Assembly (NCBI GenBank): GCA_000934665.2
Contig: JYFJ02001049.1
Span: 62,001-93,747 of the forward strand
DNA length: 31,747 nucleotides
Reading direction: 5' to 3'
From: Catajapyx aquilonaris
Lineage: Eukaryota
Of the stretch, positions 1-11,900 are shown piece after piece. Both the position numbers and the translations under genes were made by a program. The notes under the pieces were generated by a model, which made no database searches, had not been told where the DNA came from, and was given only the letters and a program-made list of their open reading frames with translations. Every line of letters starts with the position of its first letter. Positions within the stretch are counted from its first letter, which is position 1.

Positions 1-796
1 CTCTAAGTGCAGTCTCCAATAACTCGTCCTTTTCCATGAGATATGGCAGCAAGAGGGGGAACAGAAACATTTGGTTAGAGTAGATGCTTTAGCACTGTTT
101 TGAGGTAATTCATCTTCTTTTGGTCAGGAAGACATTTCCAATAAACTTTCAAGTCTCCAATCACCCTTCACCACGACCATGCACCTTTCATCTCAACTAC
201 TGGCACTTTTTCCTAAAACATCATAGCAACAATCATCATATTACATAATTTACAATCTCAAACCAAAAAAAGAGATTCATGCTAACATAAAATTAATGAA
301 CAGTCTTTATCTTCTTCTCTGTGCAGAGCCATGCATTGGGGGAAAATATGTAAACTGAACGATCCAGGAGCTTCCGCTTACCCCTTGGGAAAGCACTGGT
401 GTGACTGTAATAACCATCAAAACTAATTGGCTGATCTATCAGATATATTTTTACTGGATTCCTATGAGACCAGCAGTGCACCAAAGAAATTAACATGAAA
501 AATGTGAGTATGAGAAATGTCTGGAAAAAAGGCTCAAAAAATAATGGGACACATCTACAACTAATACCAGAGCTAAGTGGAATGCCAAATGCTATCTAAA
601 CGTAACATACAAGTGAGGCATGTGAAATGTTTAGGTATCATTGTTATTTAAGCTTGTTTTTTTTTTTTTCGTTGGAAATAATGTATCACATTCTTAAAAC
701 AATCTCATGGAGTGGTTGGGAAGAGAGCATATTCTTTGTGAAAAAACTTGTAAGAGTAACGCGAGGTTGGAGCCGAATCAGATGCCGCAGAGATTC

Positions 797-3299
797 TTAG
801 AGAAGGCCTACATCTTTGAGAGCACCCTCCACCGCTTCTTCCTAAGGAAAAACAACAAGTGACAAAAAGGGGGAGATTCATTTTTTTCTTCTTCTTTCGT
901 CAGATATGGAGCACAGTACTTTACATGCTCACAAATTCCTCAATAGGACCAAAGCAAGAATCCGTTTGCTACTTGAATTTAGGTCCCAACCAGCAAGTTA
1001 TTCCATGCATTTTGGCTACACACGAGGCCTCCCTATTAGAAATGCCCAACAACACCAAATAGGGTTAACATGAAGAGCCTTGACACTGACTCGTATAATA
1101 ATAATCAACCGGACAGGAAAGGAGAACAGGTGGTGAATTTTTTCCATGCAGTAAGGTTAGAAAGGCACGACATGCTTTGATACCCGTAACAGTAAATATT
1201 AGTTTCCCACACATAACTGGTCCCAAATGCAATGCCCAATTTCATATCTAAGGAGGGATATTTATTTACCACAACTCCAATGTGCTACAAAGCTATCAGT
1301 GTACTAATTGTAAGTGCAGCCAAGCTCATACACCAAAATATGCACTTGAAAATTTGAAAAAGCTATTGTCCCCTTCTTTCAGGAAAATGTACAAAAACCC
1401 GACGAACCTGCTGAGATTGTTTAGTAGGGTACTTGTGAAATGCTCAGTTTAGGAAACATTAGTAACGTGCCCATTGCATATTTCACAGTGGTCCTACACG
1501 GGATAAGTGGAAGGTTCCCCATCTGACAATTTAGGAAACTGACTCACTGAACTACATAACATCAGTTATGCAACAACCCTCGAGTGTAATAACATTTCAT
1601 ATATTAATTTTTCAAACAAAAAAAAAATTTTCTCATAAAATATATTCTAAGACATCCGCAAGTGCAACGAAACATAAAAATCTTGTGCCAACATAACAAA
1701 AGGTCACACCACACTAGGATGGACGGACTCTTCACATAATACTCACATGCTGAGATGCAATTACAATTGTTGTTCGCAACAATACTGAATTTGAATAACT
1801 CCCCCCTTCCCAAAATCTGCCATGCAAGCAAAATACAAGTGGACATCACATTGGCTTAATGACAGTTCCTTCTGTTTTTGTTTTTCCTTCTCTCCATAAC
1901 CAGGAATGAAGGGGAGTAAGGTTTTTGTAACTGCCATGCTGCTTTTTTCTCTTTGCAACCAAGAGATTAACAAGGAAAATTTGATCAAGCAAAACCACAA
2001 GTAGTGCATGCATGGAAAACATGGACGTGTATGCCTGTGTCAAAGTGTGTGTATGTAGTAGCCTCAAAGCTCAATGCTGTGACTGCCATGACTAACCTCC
2101 TGCAGAAGGTCCTGGGCTGCTATGGCCTTCAAGACATTCTTCTTGCTGGTCTCCTGGATTTCCCCACCCAGGAGGAGCTCATCCAAGATGAAGTAGGCCT
2201 TCTCAAAGTTGAAGATGATATCCAATTCACACACCTGTGTAAACGAGGCATAATGTGGACACATGGAACACATCCATGTGTGTAGGCAATGCCAGCAAAT
2301 GTTAGCAATGTGGACGGCAATTATTGCTGTATTTTCTCTAAATGACATGCTGTCTCATCCACTCACTTCATTATTTTGATCTTACTTCAGCAGCAGGTAG
2401 AATGAATGCAAGGTAAATGTGCATAGGCTAACTTACGCTTCCAAAGTACTTGTCAAGCAGCTCCACGAAGCGATGGATTACTTCCAGGGTGAGTAGTTCA
2501 TTATCATCCTGCTCAATAGCACAGCAGAAGTATAAACTTGCATACCTATGAAGATGAAAATGGCTTCAGCAATCACTGAATTTTAAGGAGTCTTGTGGCA
2601 GAACCGGAACTTGGGTACTGATGTAACAATGGCAACAATTACTTTCAACAATGTCACTAACAAAACTATCAAATAATGCATCAGCATTCAAGTCCCATGG
2701 CCAGACCTCGAGGTGGCTCAAGTAACAATCCCTAACCTCTTGTAGACTACTTTAAGGTCACGCCACTCAAGGAAGCTGCACATCTTTGGCTTGCGGGCTA
2801 GGATGGTAGTGATGAGCTCCCTCGTGATCTTCTTCTTCACTTTGTCTGGGTGGGCCACATACCACTTCTGTAAGCGAAGCTTGCCCTGGCGGCTAAACAG
2901 CAACATAAAGTGCATCTGGGGGAGAAAGAAACAGAAAGACAGAACAAGTTGGGAGGGGAAGAATCCGGTTAGTCAGGTGTCAAGAATACATGCAGGATGA
3001 GTAAGTTGTTAGTTGAAAAATAACATCACGTAAAAATGTATGAAACTCTGGACAAGTTCCACATCATGGAATGTGAGATGGAAGTTTGCCCAACTTTTGT
3101 ATGGAGCATTGGAGTGTCCCTGTGTGACTCTTGCCACACACAACCACCTGTGGGACTTGACGTGTTCTTATGAAATGTGATTGCATGAGAACTTCCAGAA
3201 GTGATGATAACCAGGCATACTGTGGCAAATACCTTTTCAGTTAATCTACAGTGGGACCTGCCCAGAGTCTCGCGCTGCCCTCCCTTGCAGACTTACCAT
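797..3299 (-). CDS. AP1S: AP-1 adaptor complex subunit sigma (small chain), 157 aa; coding exons 3297-3299 (ATG only), 2737-2915, 2437-2545, 2097-2234, 797-841
   Basis: Spliced translation [20 protein letters not shown]...[58 protein letters not shown]...[21 protein letters not shown] is the clathrin adaptor sigma-1 signature. All introns are GT-AG with matching phases. The start context is ccaccATG|gtaagt. Confidence 0.96.
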
Positions 3300-3379
3300 G
3301 GTGGGGTGTTTGGTGGTGGCCGCCCCCCGAAATACTTTATCCGGCAAACTGCACAATAAAACTGTGCCGAACTACTTTG

Positions 3380-3623
3380 TTGCCATTTCGTGATAGTGAT
3401 CAATGAATGCAAAGAGATGCAAGGATGTGACGTGTCAATACGGTTGTGGGTGGGTCCCGTCGAGAAATGGCGCACTATTGCCAACAGATGGCACCACTCT
3501 CTGGTTCAAAACGTTCCTAATGACATCCCCCAGTCCGGTCCGGACCACTTCCGGTTCCGTTCCCCCAGTCCAGAGGACCACGTCTGACCGACCGGCCGAC
3601 GCAGAAGCACGGGCAGAAGCACG
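3380..3623. promoter_or_regulatory. Probable bidirectional CpG-rich promoter between AP1S and RPL8, including the RPL8 non-coding first exon (donor at 3624)
   Basis: The two genes are head-to-head. The stretch is CpG-rich and carries a YY1-like aaatggcg (~3465), an ETS-like acttccgg (~3547), a pyrimidine-rich TOP-like stretch (~3549-3566) and a donor acg|gtaaga at 3623/3624 that can pair with the acceptor tttgcag at 4033. Confidence 0.6.
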
Positions 3624-4043
3624 GTAAGATTCAAGTCCGCTCGTTTTCACTTCGAAAATCCAAAGAAATCTGACCAAAATTGAGGTCATCTGCAATCCCG
3701 TGTGGTCCAGGACGCTCTTGAGTATGTTCCCCGCCAGACAAGGCCAAGTGACCGTGGCAGGGGTCGGGCCCGGTGCGCCAAGCGGGTGGTTGGTTGGCCG
3801 ACTCTGGCATGGTGTTCCTCGCACTAGGCTTGGGTGGAAGGGAGACTCGCGTGATATTCACGGCGGTCCTGCGATGGGCAGCGGGTTGCAATTAAATTGT
3901 TTTCACTCTGGTGGGGAAGATTTGCTGTCACGAGTGGCCAGGGCTGTATGGGAACTTGTAAAATGATGGTAGCACTAGATGCATAAATGTGTTAGCCCAA
4001 GGAGCCAGTTTACATGACGGATTACATTTGCAGGCAGTGAAAG

Positions 4044-5738
4044 ATGGGTCGTGTGATTCGTGCACAGAGGAAGGGGCGTGGGAGTGTTTTCCTCTCCCAC
4101 AACAAGCACCGCAAGGGAGCGCCCAAGTTCCGCCCCCTTGACTACGCAGAGAGGCATGGCTTCATGAAGGGAATCATCAAGAACATCATCCACGACCCTG
4201 GCCGTGGAGCTCCCTTGGCAGTGGTGCACTTCCGCAACCCGTACAAGTATGGGACCAGGAAGGAGCTGTTCGTTGCCACCGAGGGGATGTACACCGGACA
4301 GTTCATCTTCTGCGGACGAAAGGGTACCTAAGAGAGGATCTTGAAATGTGTAATGCATGAGTAGCTATAATGGTTGTTTGTGGTAGTGTCCCATTTCCAC
4401 AAGGGGTTCTGAGGAATAGTTTTGGTATTGGCAGTTTTAGCTGAATTTACTTGCCACTTGCCATGCAGGAAAATTCCATTTAGGACATGTGACTACATTT
4501 TACCCCTAGCAAAGTTTTGCAGTTGACAAAATGCTGCAGAACCGAGTGTGGTCAATCTCATCCTGAATTCAGATTTGACCCAAATGCAGTGCCTAACAGA
4601 CAACGAAGCAATTGTAGAGCAATGGCTGGCAGAGCAGTTGAAAATTCGAAGAATTTTAAAACTACGGAATATTAGCAATTAATTAAGTTCGTGCTTGGTT
4701 GTCGACCTAGGAAAGCATTGAGTGAAGATATTGAGGTTGCAATATTTTAGTTATTGTTTTATTGTTTTTTGTTTTAAATATAAAAGGAAGATTTTTAAAC
4801 ATGTGTCACGTTCTAAAGGTATTAATTTATCCACAGCCAATCTGCAGATCGGCAATGTGATGCCTGTGGGAATCATGCCCGAGGGTACCATCATCTGCAA
4901 TGTTGAGGAAAAGCCTGGCGATCGTGGCAAGCTGGCACGTGGGTCAGGCAATTATGCCACCATCATTGCCCACAACCCTGAAACCAGGAAGACCCGTGTG
5001 AAGCTCCCCTCAGGGGCAAAGAAGGTCATCCACAGTGCCAATCGCGCCATGGTTGGTGAGTACATTTTGGTGCTATTAGGTCATTCTTGCTGCCATAACA
5101 GATCATTTGGATAGTTCAGTTATTATAAAACCGTAAGCTGGTTGATTGTGTTTAAAAGTAGAAGTCACATTTGTATTCATAGCTGATAGCAAAACGATAT
5201 GTGCATACTGTTCAGACTTTCCAAACCAGCCTTATTTGACAAATATCTTGTTTCATTGCATTTTTAAATAATATGCGCCCTCTCTGACCTTTCCCTTCAT
5301 AGGCTTGGTTGCCTCACCTCTTATCAACAACTTCCCATTCATAATGTTGCATTAATATACAGGATTGAAGGCAATGGCAGCTTGTAATAGATTTGTTATG
5401 TTTTGATTCCTCTGGATGTTATAGCTTCATCCATATCATTATTATTCATAACTTTTGCAGGTGTTGTTGCTGGAGGTGGCCGTATTGACAAACCTGTGTT
5501 GAAGGCTGGCCGCTCCTACCACAAATACAAGGTGAAGCGCAACTGTTGGCCAGTGGTTCGTGGTGTGGCCATGAACCCGGTGGAGCATCCCCATGGTGGT
5601 GGTAACCATCAGCATATCGGAAAGGCATCTACAGTTGCCAGGGGTACCAGTGCAGGGCGTAAGGTCGGCCTTATTGCTGCCAGGAGGACTGGAAGGATCC
5701 GTGGAGGAAAGAAGGAGCGCAAGGATGAAAAGGCATAA
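4044..5738 (+). CDS. RPL8: 60S ribosomal protein L8 (uL2), 258 aa; coding exons 4044-4323, 4837-5055, 5461-5738
   Basis: [11 protein letters not shown]...[12 protein letters not shown]...[22 protein letters not shown]...[10 protein letters not shown] are uL2 motifs. Both introns are phase-1 GT-AG, the CDS is 777 nt, and AATAAA lies at 5757-5762. Confidence 0.98.
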
Positions 5739-6249
5739 ATGCATCTGTCTTGACATAATAAAATATTGGACCGGATTGTACTGGGTCGCTAGTTTCAGTT
5801 TAACTTTAAAAGTATTTTTTACCGATATCCTGACTGGAGAATTGCTGGGGGCTGGTTCTTGAACTTCCGGTGTTCTGAAACTGATCCAATGACTAGAATG
5901 ATGACTGACAGTGAGTGCAACTGAAACTAGGTAATCTGTCTGTCTGTTTTACTTACTCCCCCCTAGCTGGTTCTCGTAGTTTGCTGTCAGTGGAATCCCA
6001 CATCTGAACCAATATCAGGTTCATGCAAAGAGCACAGCTACTCCAGATAAAGGGGGACTAACACAGTTGCAAGTATAGGTCATGCTACACAATTACAGGT
6101 ACTTTTAGAGGATTTTTTTTTGGGAGGGGGGGGGAGAGAGAGAGAGAGAGGAACTACCCAGTAACTCCTGAAATTTGTCTTTTTTTATTGGTCTCCCCAT
6201 TTTTCCATGATGTATACTCCCATTGGTTGCACTGTAATTTACGCCATGT

Positions 6250-7021
6250 TCACTTAATATTTCTTTGCACTCGACGAGTATATTGGCCACGGGCTTCCAT
6301 CAAGGCCCCCTCCAGAACCTGTGTCATATGCTGCAGGTTACGAGGATCAGTCTGAAGAATCACATTCTCTCGTCCATTGAGTTGTGTTTCTAGGCCCAGT
6401 TGGAATGTGATGACAGGTTCCAGCTGATGTTGAAGTGAGCGGGATGCAACTTGGACCTCTGTCCTCCAGTCAAGGTCTGCATAGTGGGGGACATCTGGAA
6501 CAGGCACATGTCGCAGTGCACGTTGTATTCCATCCTTGTTCATGACAAAGTGTTGAACAACAACTTTTTGCTGCTCCTCATCAAATCCCAGAGAAATTAG
6601 AGTTCCCTCCATATCCCCATCAGAAGAGTCCCCACAGCAGCCAAGAGTAAGCAGATGAGACATGCCTTCCACTCCACGGCTCACCTTCTCCACTTCACAT
6701 CCAAGTTTGTCTGGAAAAGGTATTGCAGTGTTGCATTTCATTGCCAAGTATGTATTGAGTAAGCCATTCATTAACAACTGCAATAAATGTTAACATTTGG
6801 AGTGGCCATGCACTTCAATTTTACCTGGGACCTCCCCCTTCCCCAGTCAATGAATATCACGCAGAATGATGCTACTTACGTGCGGCATTCTGGTATGCTT
6901 TAGGATTGGTCCCATTCCTGAGGGTGTCCACTGCCATCTTGCAGAAGCTGTCCAGCACGTCAGGTGGCAGTGTGGCAACATACTCCAAGTGCTCTTTGTG
7001 ATTGTCCCGTAAGATCAACAT
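6250..7021 (-). CDS. COMMD2: COMM domain-containing protein 2, 200 aa; coding exons 6880-7021 and 6250-6710
   Basis: The N-terminus MLILRDNHKEHLEYV...GTNPKAYQNAAHKL...GVEGMSHLLT and the COMM domain PHYADLDWRTEVQVASRSL...LQTDPRNLQHMTQVLEGALME match COMMD2. Phase-1 GT-AG intron; minus-strand AATAAA at 6184-6189. Confidence 0.93.
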
Positions 7022-7098
7022 TGTTCCAGAGTATATCTCCTGCGTTTCAGTGCAATACTATACAATTTGGAGGGAGAGGTGGACGGGCCAGTAGGGTG

Positions 7099-8141
7099 CT
7101 AGCTGAACCGTGGTCGAGTGCCAAAGACCCCTGCTCTGGCGAGGCTGGCCACGAAGTTGTAGGTGACCAGAAACACTAAGACTAAGAGGAAGGCCTGGAA
7201 GAGGAATTCCAACCAGTCGAAGGTGTCCGACGACTGTCCGTCACTGGATGCGGAGGGCCCCTCTGCTGCAGGTGGTTCGCTCGCTGCAGATGGTTGGCTC
7301 GCTGCAGGTGGTTGGCTCACCTGAGCCTGCTTCGGGGCAGACTTTGCGGTAGACTTAGAGCCGCGCGAGGAGCTGCGCCCCGCCGCCTCCTGCACCCCTC
7401 TGCCCGGTCTGCCGCCAACTCCTCCTCCGGGCGCACTCCTACCCCGGGCAGGGCACCAAAGTGTTAATCCCAGTGTTTAGTTTTAAGCGGGGGAGTTTAA
7501 GGGAGATTATTCTGCGGCCGATCTCAAACGAAGCTTGCGAAAGGAGGCGGACATGATGGATAAATCGGGGCTGGTCATAGCATAGCAGTTATTTGCAATC
7601 CCATGTACTGTATTTTACGACACAAGTGTGTGACTTACGGTGGTGGGAAGATCACGTTCAGTGACGGGTCATGGTCCAGATCCATGCCATGATGATCTCT
7701 GAAGTAGGGCGGTTGTCCATATCCAACTTGAATCCCACGGTCTAATCTCACGACTGGCTGTTCTTGTTGTTGCTGCTGCAGCTCCAGCTGCTGTGCGCCT
7801 CGCCCTGAAGACCACATCCCGCAGCAGTCAATCCAGTCATTGACATGCTGGTTCTGATGTGGGGGAAGCTGCTGGTTCTGATGTGGGGGAAGCTGCTGGT
7901 TCTGATGTGGGGGATAAAGCTGCTGGTTCTGATGTGGGGGAAGCTGCTGAGCCTGAGGTGGGGGGTGGTGGTGGTGGTGGTAGTAGTGTTGGTAAAAATC
8001 TCTGTGTGCATCTTCTTCCTGGTGGGTGGGTGTGACGTGCGGCTGCGGTGGATCATTACGGATCCCAGCGTAGCGTTTGAATTCTGCGGAGAGAGCCTCA
8101 GGAGGAGTCACGGGTCTCTCGTTCACCGTTCGACGACGCAT
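7099..8141 (-). CDS. Hypothetical ~280-aa low-complexity (Q/H/P-rich) protein with one C-terminal transmembrane helix; exons 7639-8141 and 7099-7438
   Basis: The two listed ORFs (7635-8222 and 7099-7395) join in frame through a gtaagt donor (7638) and the first AG after a branch-like ctaaac (7440-7439), in phase 2. The ATG at 8141 is in an aaacATG context. The hydrophobic segment FDWLEFLFQAFLLVLVFLVTYNFVASLA is followed by a short basic tail. No recognisable family. Confidence 0.6.
7847..7948 (-). repeat. 24-bp coding tandem repeat, about 4 copies, encoding LPPHQNQQ (one copy has an in-frame Tyr insertion)
   Basis: The unit gctggttctgatgtgggggaagct is repeated; the length variant is +3 nt and preserves the frame. 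Confidence 0.9.
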
Positions 8142-8599
8142 GTTTACCCGCCTCCAGCTAGGGCATCGGGTGTTGAGTGTTTGACAGGGTGGTTTCCGCG
8201 GAGACGGGAGAACTGTCTGCACTTTCCAAATCTCCCCGCCATTCCTCTCTGGCCAATAGGCGACGATACCGTATATGTGTTGGCACCACTGGAGAGATAT
8301 GGCGTTGTGTGAGTAGCGGCTATTATTATATTAGTTCCAAATATAAGCAGCTGCTGTTGGATTCTTTTTCCAGTTAATATGCTAATGTACTCACTGCATT
8401 TTGTGCTGCCGTGCATGCTGCATTTATTCTGCTATAGAAAATGCAGGAAGTAACATAGAAGAACGGCTCTTGTGTTGCTGCTTCAACTCTATTAATTAAT
8501 GTTTTCTCTGCTTTGTGCTGTAATAAAATAGCCGCTATGTAATGTAGCAGAAACTAATCAACAGCTTCCACAGCAGCTTCGCTTCTTGAGTTTCATCAG

Positions 8600-8680
8600 A
8601 CCCTATCCAAGATGGCCGCCATTTCAAATTCCATCACATGAGCTGCGGGGACGCTTTGGGGCTTTTGCGGCTCCTTACCG
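8600..8680. promoter_or_regulatory. Probable DZIP1 start region / non-coding first exon with a two-way YY1-type motif
   Basis: aagatggccgccattt at 8609-8624 reads as a YY1/PHO-type core on both strands. The region is CpG-rich, with donor ccg|gtgagt at 8680/8681 and a candidate acceptor tag at 8890. Confidence 0.45.
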
Positions 8681-8917
8681 GTGAGTAGGCTCATCTTTTC
8701 CTGGTGGAGAAGGTGCCAGGAGGGGATGGTGTTTGGAGAACCGCGGATGCCACGCTCATGCCTATCAATTCTGTGCACAAGTCCCTTGTTTTGTTGCAGC
8801 TACACGTCTACCTCCACAGTCAGTCCCAGTCCACAGTGTCCTGGAGCCTGTCCAGGTCACGACTCTGCTGCTGGACCCATTGACACGTAGGTGGATGAAG
8901 GAGGAGGGGAGGTGACT

Positions 8918-11900
8918 ATGGGTTCTAACAAAGCAGGCCATGAGGATAATGGATGGAAGAAGGGGGAAGGCATTAGTGAATGGCAATTCCAACGGAAGAC
9001 AGAGAAACTGGACTGGCGGAAACTAGGCACGTATATCACAGTGTAGGATGACTAGATAGGTGGATCAACTGGGCGTTATTGTGCTGGGCTTGGGCTGTCC
9101 TTGATGAATATAATTTCAATGCATGATTTGATATCGAGGGACTCCAGAGAGTACATCGTTGTATGGAAGAAAAAAAAATTTATGCATGCCTGCAAGATAT
9201 AAGTAGTGTGACATCCACCAGATGATACTGCTTACATTTAGTTGCAACCATTTGTGCAATAATCAAAGTTCATTCCTATTGACTAAAATGTGTGTGTGTG
9301 TTTTTTTTAGCTGCTGTCGATGTGGAGAGAATAGTTCGCAACCTGGATGTCCAGACATTGCAAGATAACATGAAGCATGTGACTCTTTGTGACCTGGAAA
9401 GCGAGTTTGATGTGTCAACATTGGATCCCAGTATGGTAAAGCTCTTCCGACTTGCTCAACTGATAATCCAGTACCTACTGCAATGCCAAGAGTTTCTTAC
9501 CACAAGCTTGGCTGCTGAAGAAGAGAAAGCTGTGAAGGCTGCCGAGGTGATACATTAACACACAGTGATTTAATTACTTCAGTTGAATTGATATGATTCA
9601 CTTTTAAAGGAATTTTAGTCGAGATTTTAGTTCTTATTTAAAAATTCATGTAGGCTCTGTGAAAATTTTCAGAAGTACTCAAGAAGCTATGAAAAATGGA
9701 CATTCTCTTGTTTATGCAGCAACCTAGCATGGGGGGGGGGGGGGGGGNGGGGGGAATTTGCATAATACTAGGCCAAGATAATGGTGGGATAGCTTGAAAT
9801 ATACTGATACTTGACAGTATCACAAAAGTGATCCTTATTTATACCCGCAATATCTAACAACAGTACGGTAACTTATTTTGCTAGTGTAGAACATTGACAC
9901 AGTTCGATGAAAATGTAAAACAATATATTGCATGCATAGAACTGGTAGATTGGGAGGACCATGTGTGCTTCTTTTTCAAGCCAAAATTCCCACTCAAATT
10001 TTTTTAGTGCCCAGTAATTTATTGAAAATGGTGTCAAATTTAATTGTAAGAATGTGGGAAGAGATACCATGTGAGGCACAGAAGCAGGGTGCAAAAAATA
10101 CATGTCATGTGTAAACAGAGTGAGAGAATTAGTCTTGGTGTGCTGATCTTAGTTGCCACCTGTCAAAAGTTAATGCTCTTTCTCACAACTGTTGGCATTT
10201 TACACTACCCTTTTTTTCCATGAGGTGAGTCAAGGCAAGTGCGACTTCGGAAAAAAAATCCTACCACGGTATGGGAACACTTTACACGACAGCCCCATAT
10301 GATTGTCCTGTCCTCAGGCAACATATGGCGAAAACATATTCCCGCATTACTGGCTTTGTGTGGCTAGGCGGAGGCGGAACGCGCAACCCTCACATCTCCA
10401 CCTTCAAAAGAAGATCGACGAACTTCGGAAGATAGTTTCTGTAGGTAAACTTCAACATGCTGGGTGTTCTTCGTATTTTTGCATAGTTATGAAGCATTTT
10501 CCAGGAACTTTTCATAGATGTTGTGTAATTAACGATAAGATTATGACGTCACCTTCGAAAGCCTAGGTCGCAGTTGCCCCATGACAATGTGACACTGGGG
10601 CATGTGCACCGATTTCTATGGGGCACATGCGACTTAGAGGTCGCACTTGCCCTGTGTAAGAAATTGTTGTAGTAAAGGAACGTCATATACGCAGGATAAT
10701 TTGGCAGAAGCATGTGATGAGGTTGCTTGAGGTGTGTCTACCGCATACCGTGCTTCCAAGAACTACGGTATTCCAAAGGGGGGACATTGTATGACCACAT
10801 AATTATCAAGAAGGCGAGGAAAGAAGGGATCTGGAGGTGGGCATGGGTGTCTGCATTACTATTTGGAGTGGATTTCTCAGATTGAAATGTGTGCTAAACG
10901 TGTGATTACGGCATTACGCTTACTGAAGAAGTGCTTCTGAGACATACTAACTTATTTTATTCACATGTCAACTCAAACTATGTCATCATCATCATCATTT
11001 ACTTCACGGCAAAATAATCCCATAGAGGGGTAGCCAGCGGAGTACAGGTTGCCCCTGTCCCCCTCGTATGACCTACAAAATGACACTCTGGTGGATGGTC
11101 AGGCCATTAACCTCTGCGTGGCAAACTATGTAACTTGGAGATTTTTTCTTCTCTTAGCATATTCAAGTCTTATGCAGATTTTCATTGAAAGTGGATACTT
11201 TGACGCTGGAAAAAGGTATTTTGATTCGGAAAAGAACTCGAGAAAGGCATACTTCTACCCTAGTCGCCACTTACCTCATTTCCCTTACCCGATGCTCTCC
11301 TGCAAAGACAAGGCCAGTAGTTGCACTTTCCCCATGTTGGGGCAAGTTCCAAATCCATGACACAGTTTTGGGAATAATTCATTTTCAGACAATGGGGAAG
11401 TAGCCTTGGTCTGGGATTTGGGATTTTTGTTCATAACTAGCTAGACCATGCCTGTAAACATACATTCCATCACTTTGTTGCATCAAAATGACATTACTGG
11501 ATAAATTACGGCACATTTAAAAGTGCCTTCAAAATTGTCGGGAAAAATGCCCCGGCCGGGTGGTGCCAATCGAAAGGGTACACTGAAATGCCTGGTTGAC
11601 TGCGAGATATGAGGAATTTGACTTTGAATTAACCGCGGACACGACGGAAAGCATTCGCAAGGAAGCTGTAGGCCATCGAGGTGGAGAAGGGGGGCCTTTA
11701 TGTGCCTAATTCGGGAGACAGATATTTCCGAGCTGGTGGCATCACTGCCACGTACAAAGCGGCTTGAGCGGCCTGGAATCTTGCTCACGGAATGGGACGG
11801 TTGCTAACAACAGCGAAGCATTTTACGACAATGACGGGGCGCGTTCTATAACACCATTTTTACGTTCATTTCACTTCGTGTGACGTCAACATTTTCTAGG

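Noticed and set aside
1..70. Minus-strand ORF start MFLFPLLLPYLMEKDELLETALR running off the window
   Set aside because: Too short to assess and may lie in the AP1S 3' UTR.
3293..3966. Several 60-130 aa ORFs between AP1S and RPL8
   Set aside because: Expected chance ORFs in a GC-rich promoter and first intron; no motifs.
5899..6007. C/D box snoRNA (atgatga ... ctga) downstream of RPL8
   Set aside because: It lies beyond the RPL8 polyA signal, has no terminal stem, and has no guide sequence I could recognise.
7845..8312. Hydrophobic 155-aa plus-strand ORF (LLVLMWGK repeats)
   Set aside because: It is the antisense shadow of the 24-bp repeat in the minus-strand ORF, which has the splice signals and start context.
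9731..9754. Poly-G run as a G-quadruplex element
   Set aside because: A homopolymer containing an N; its length is unreliable.
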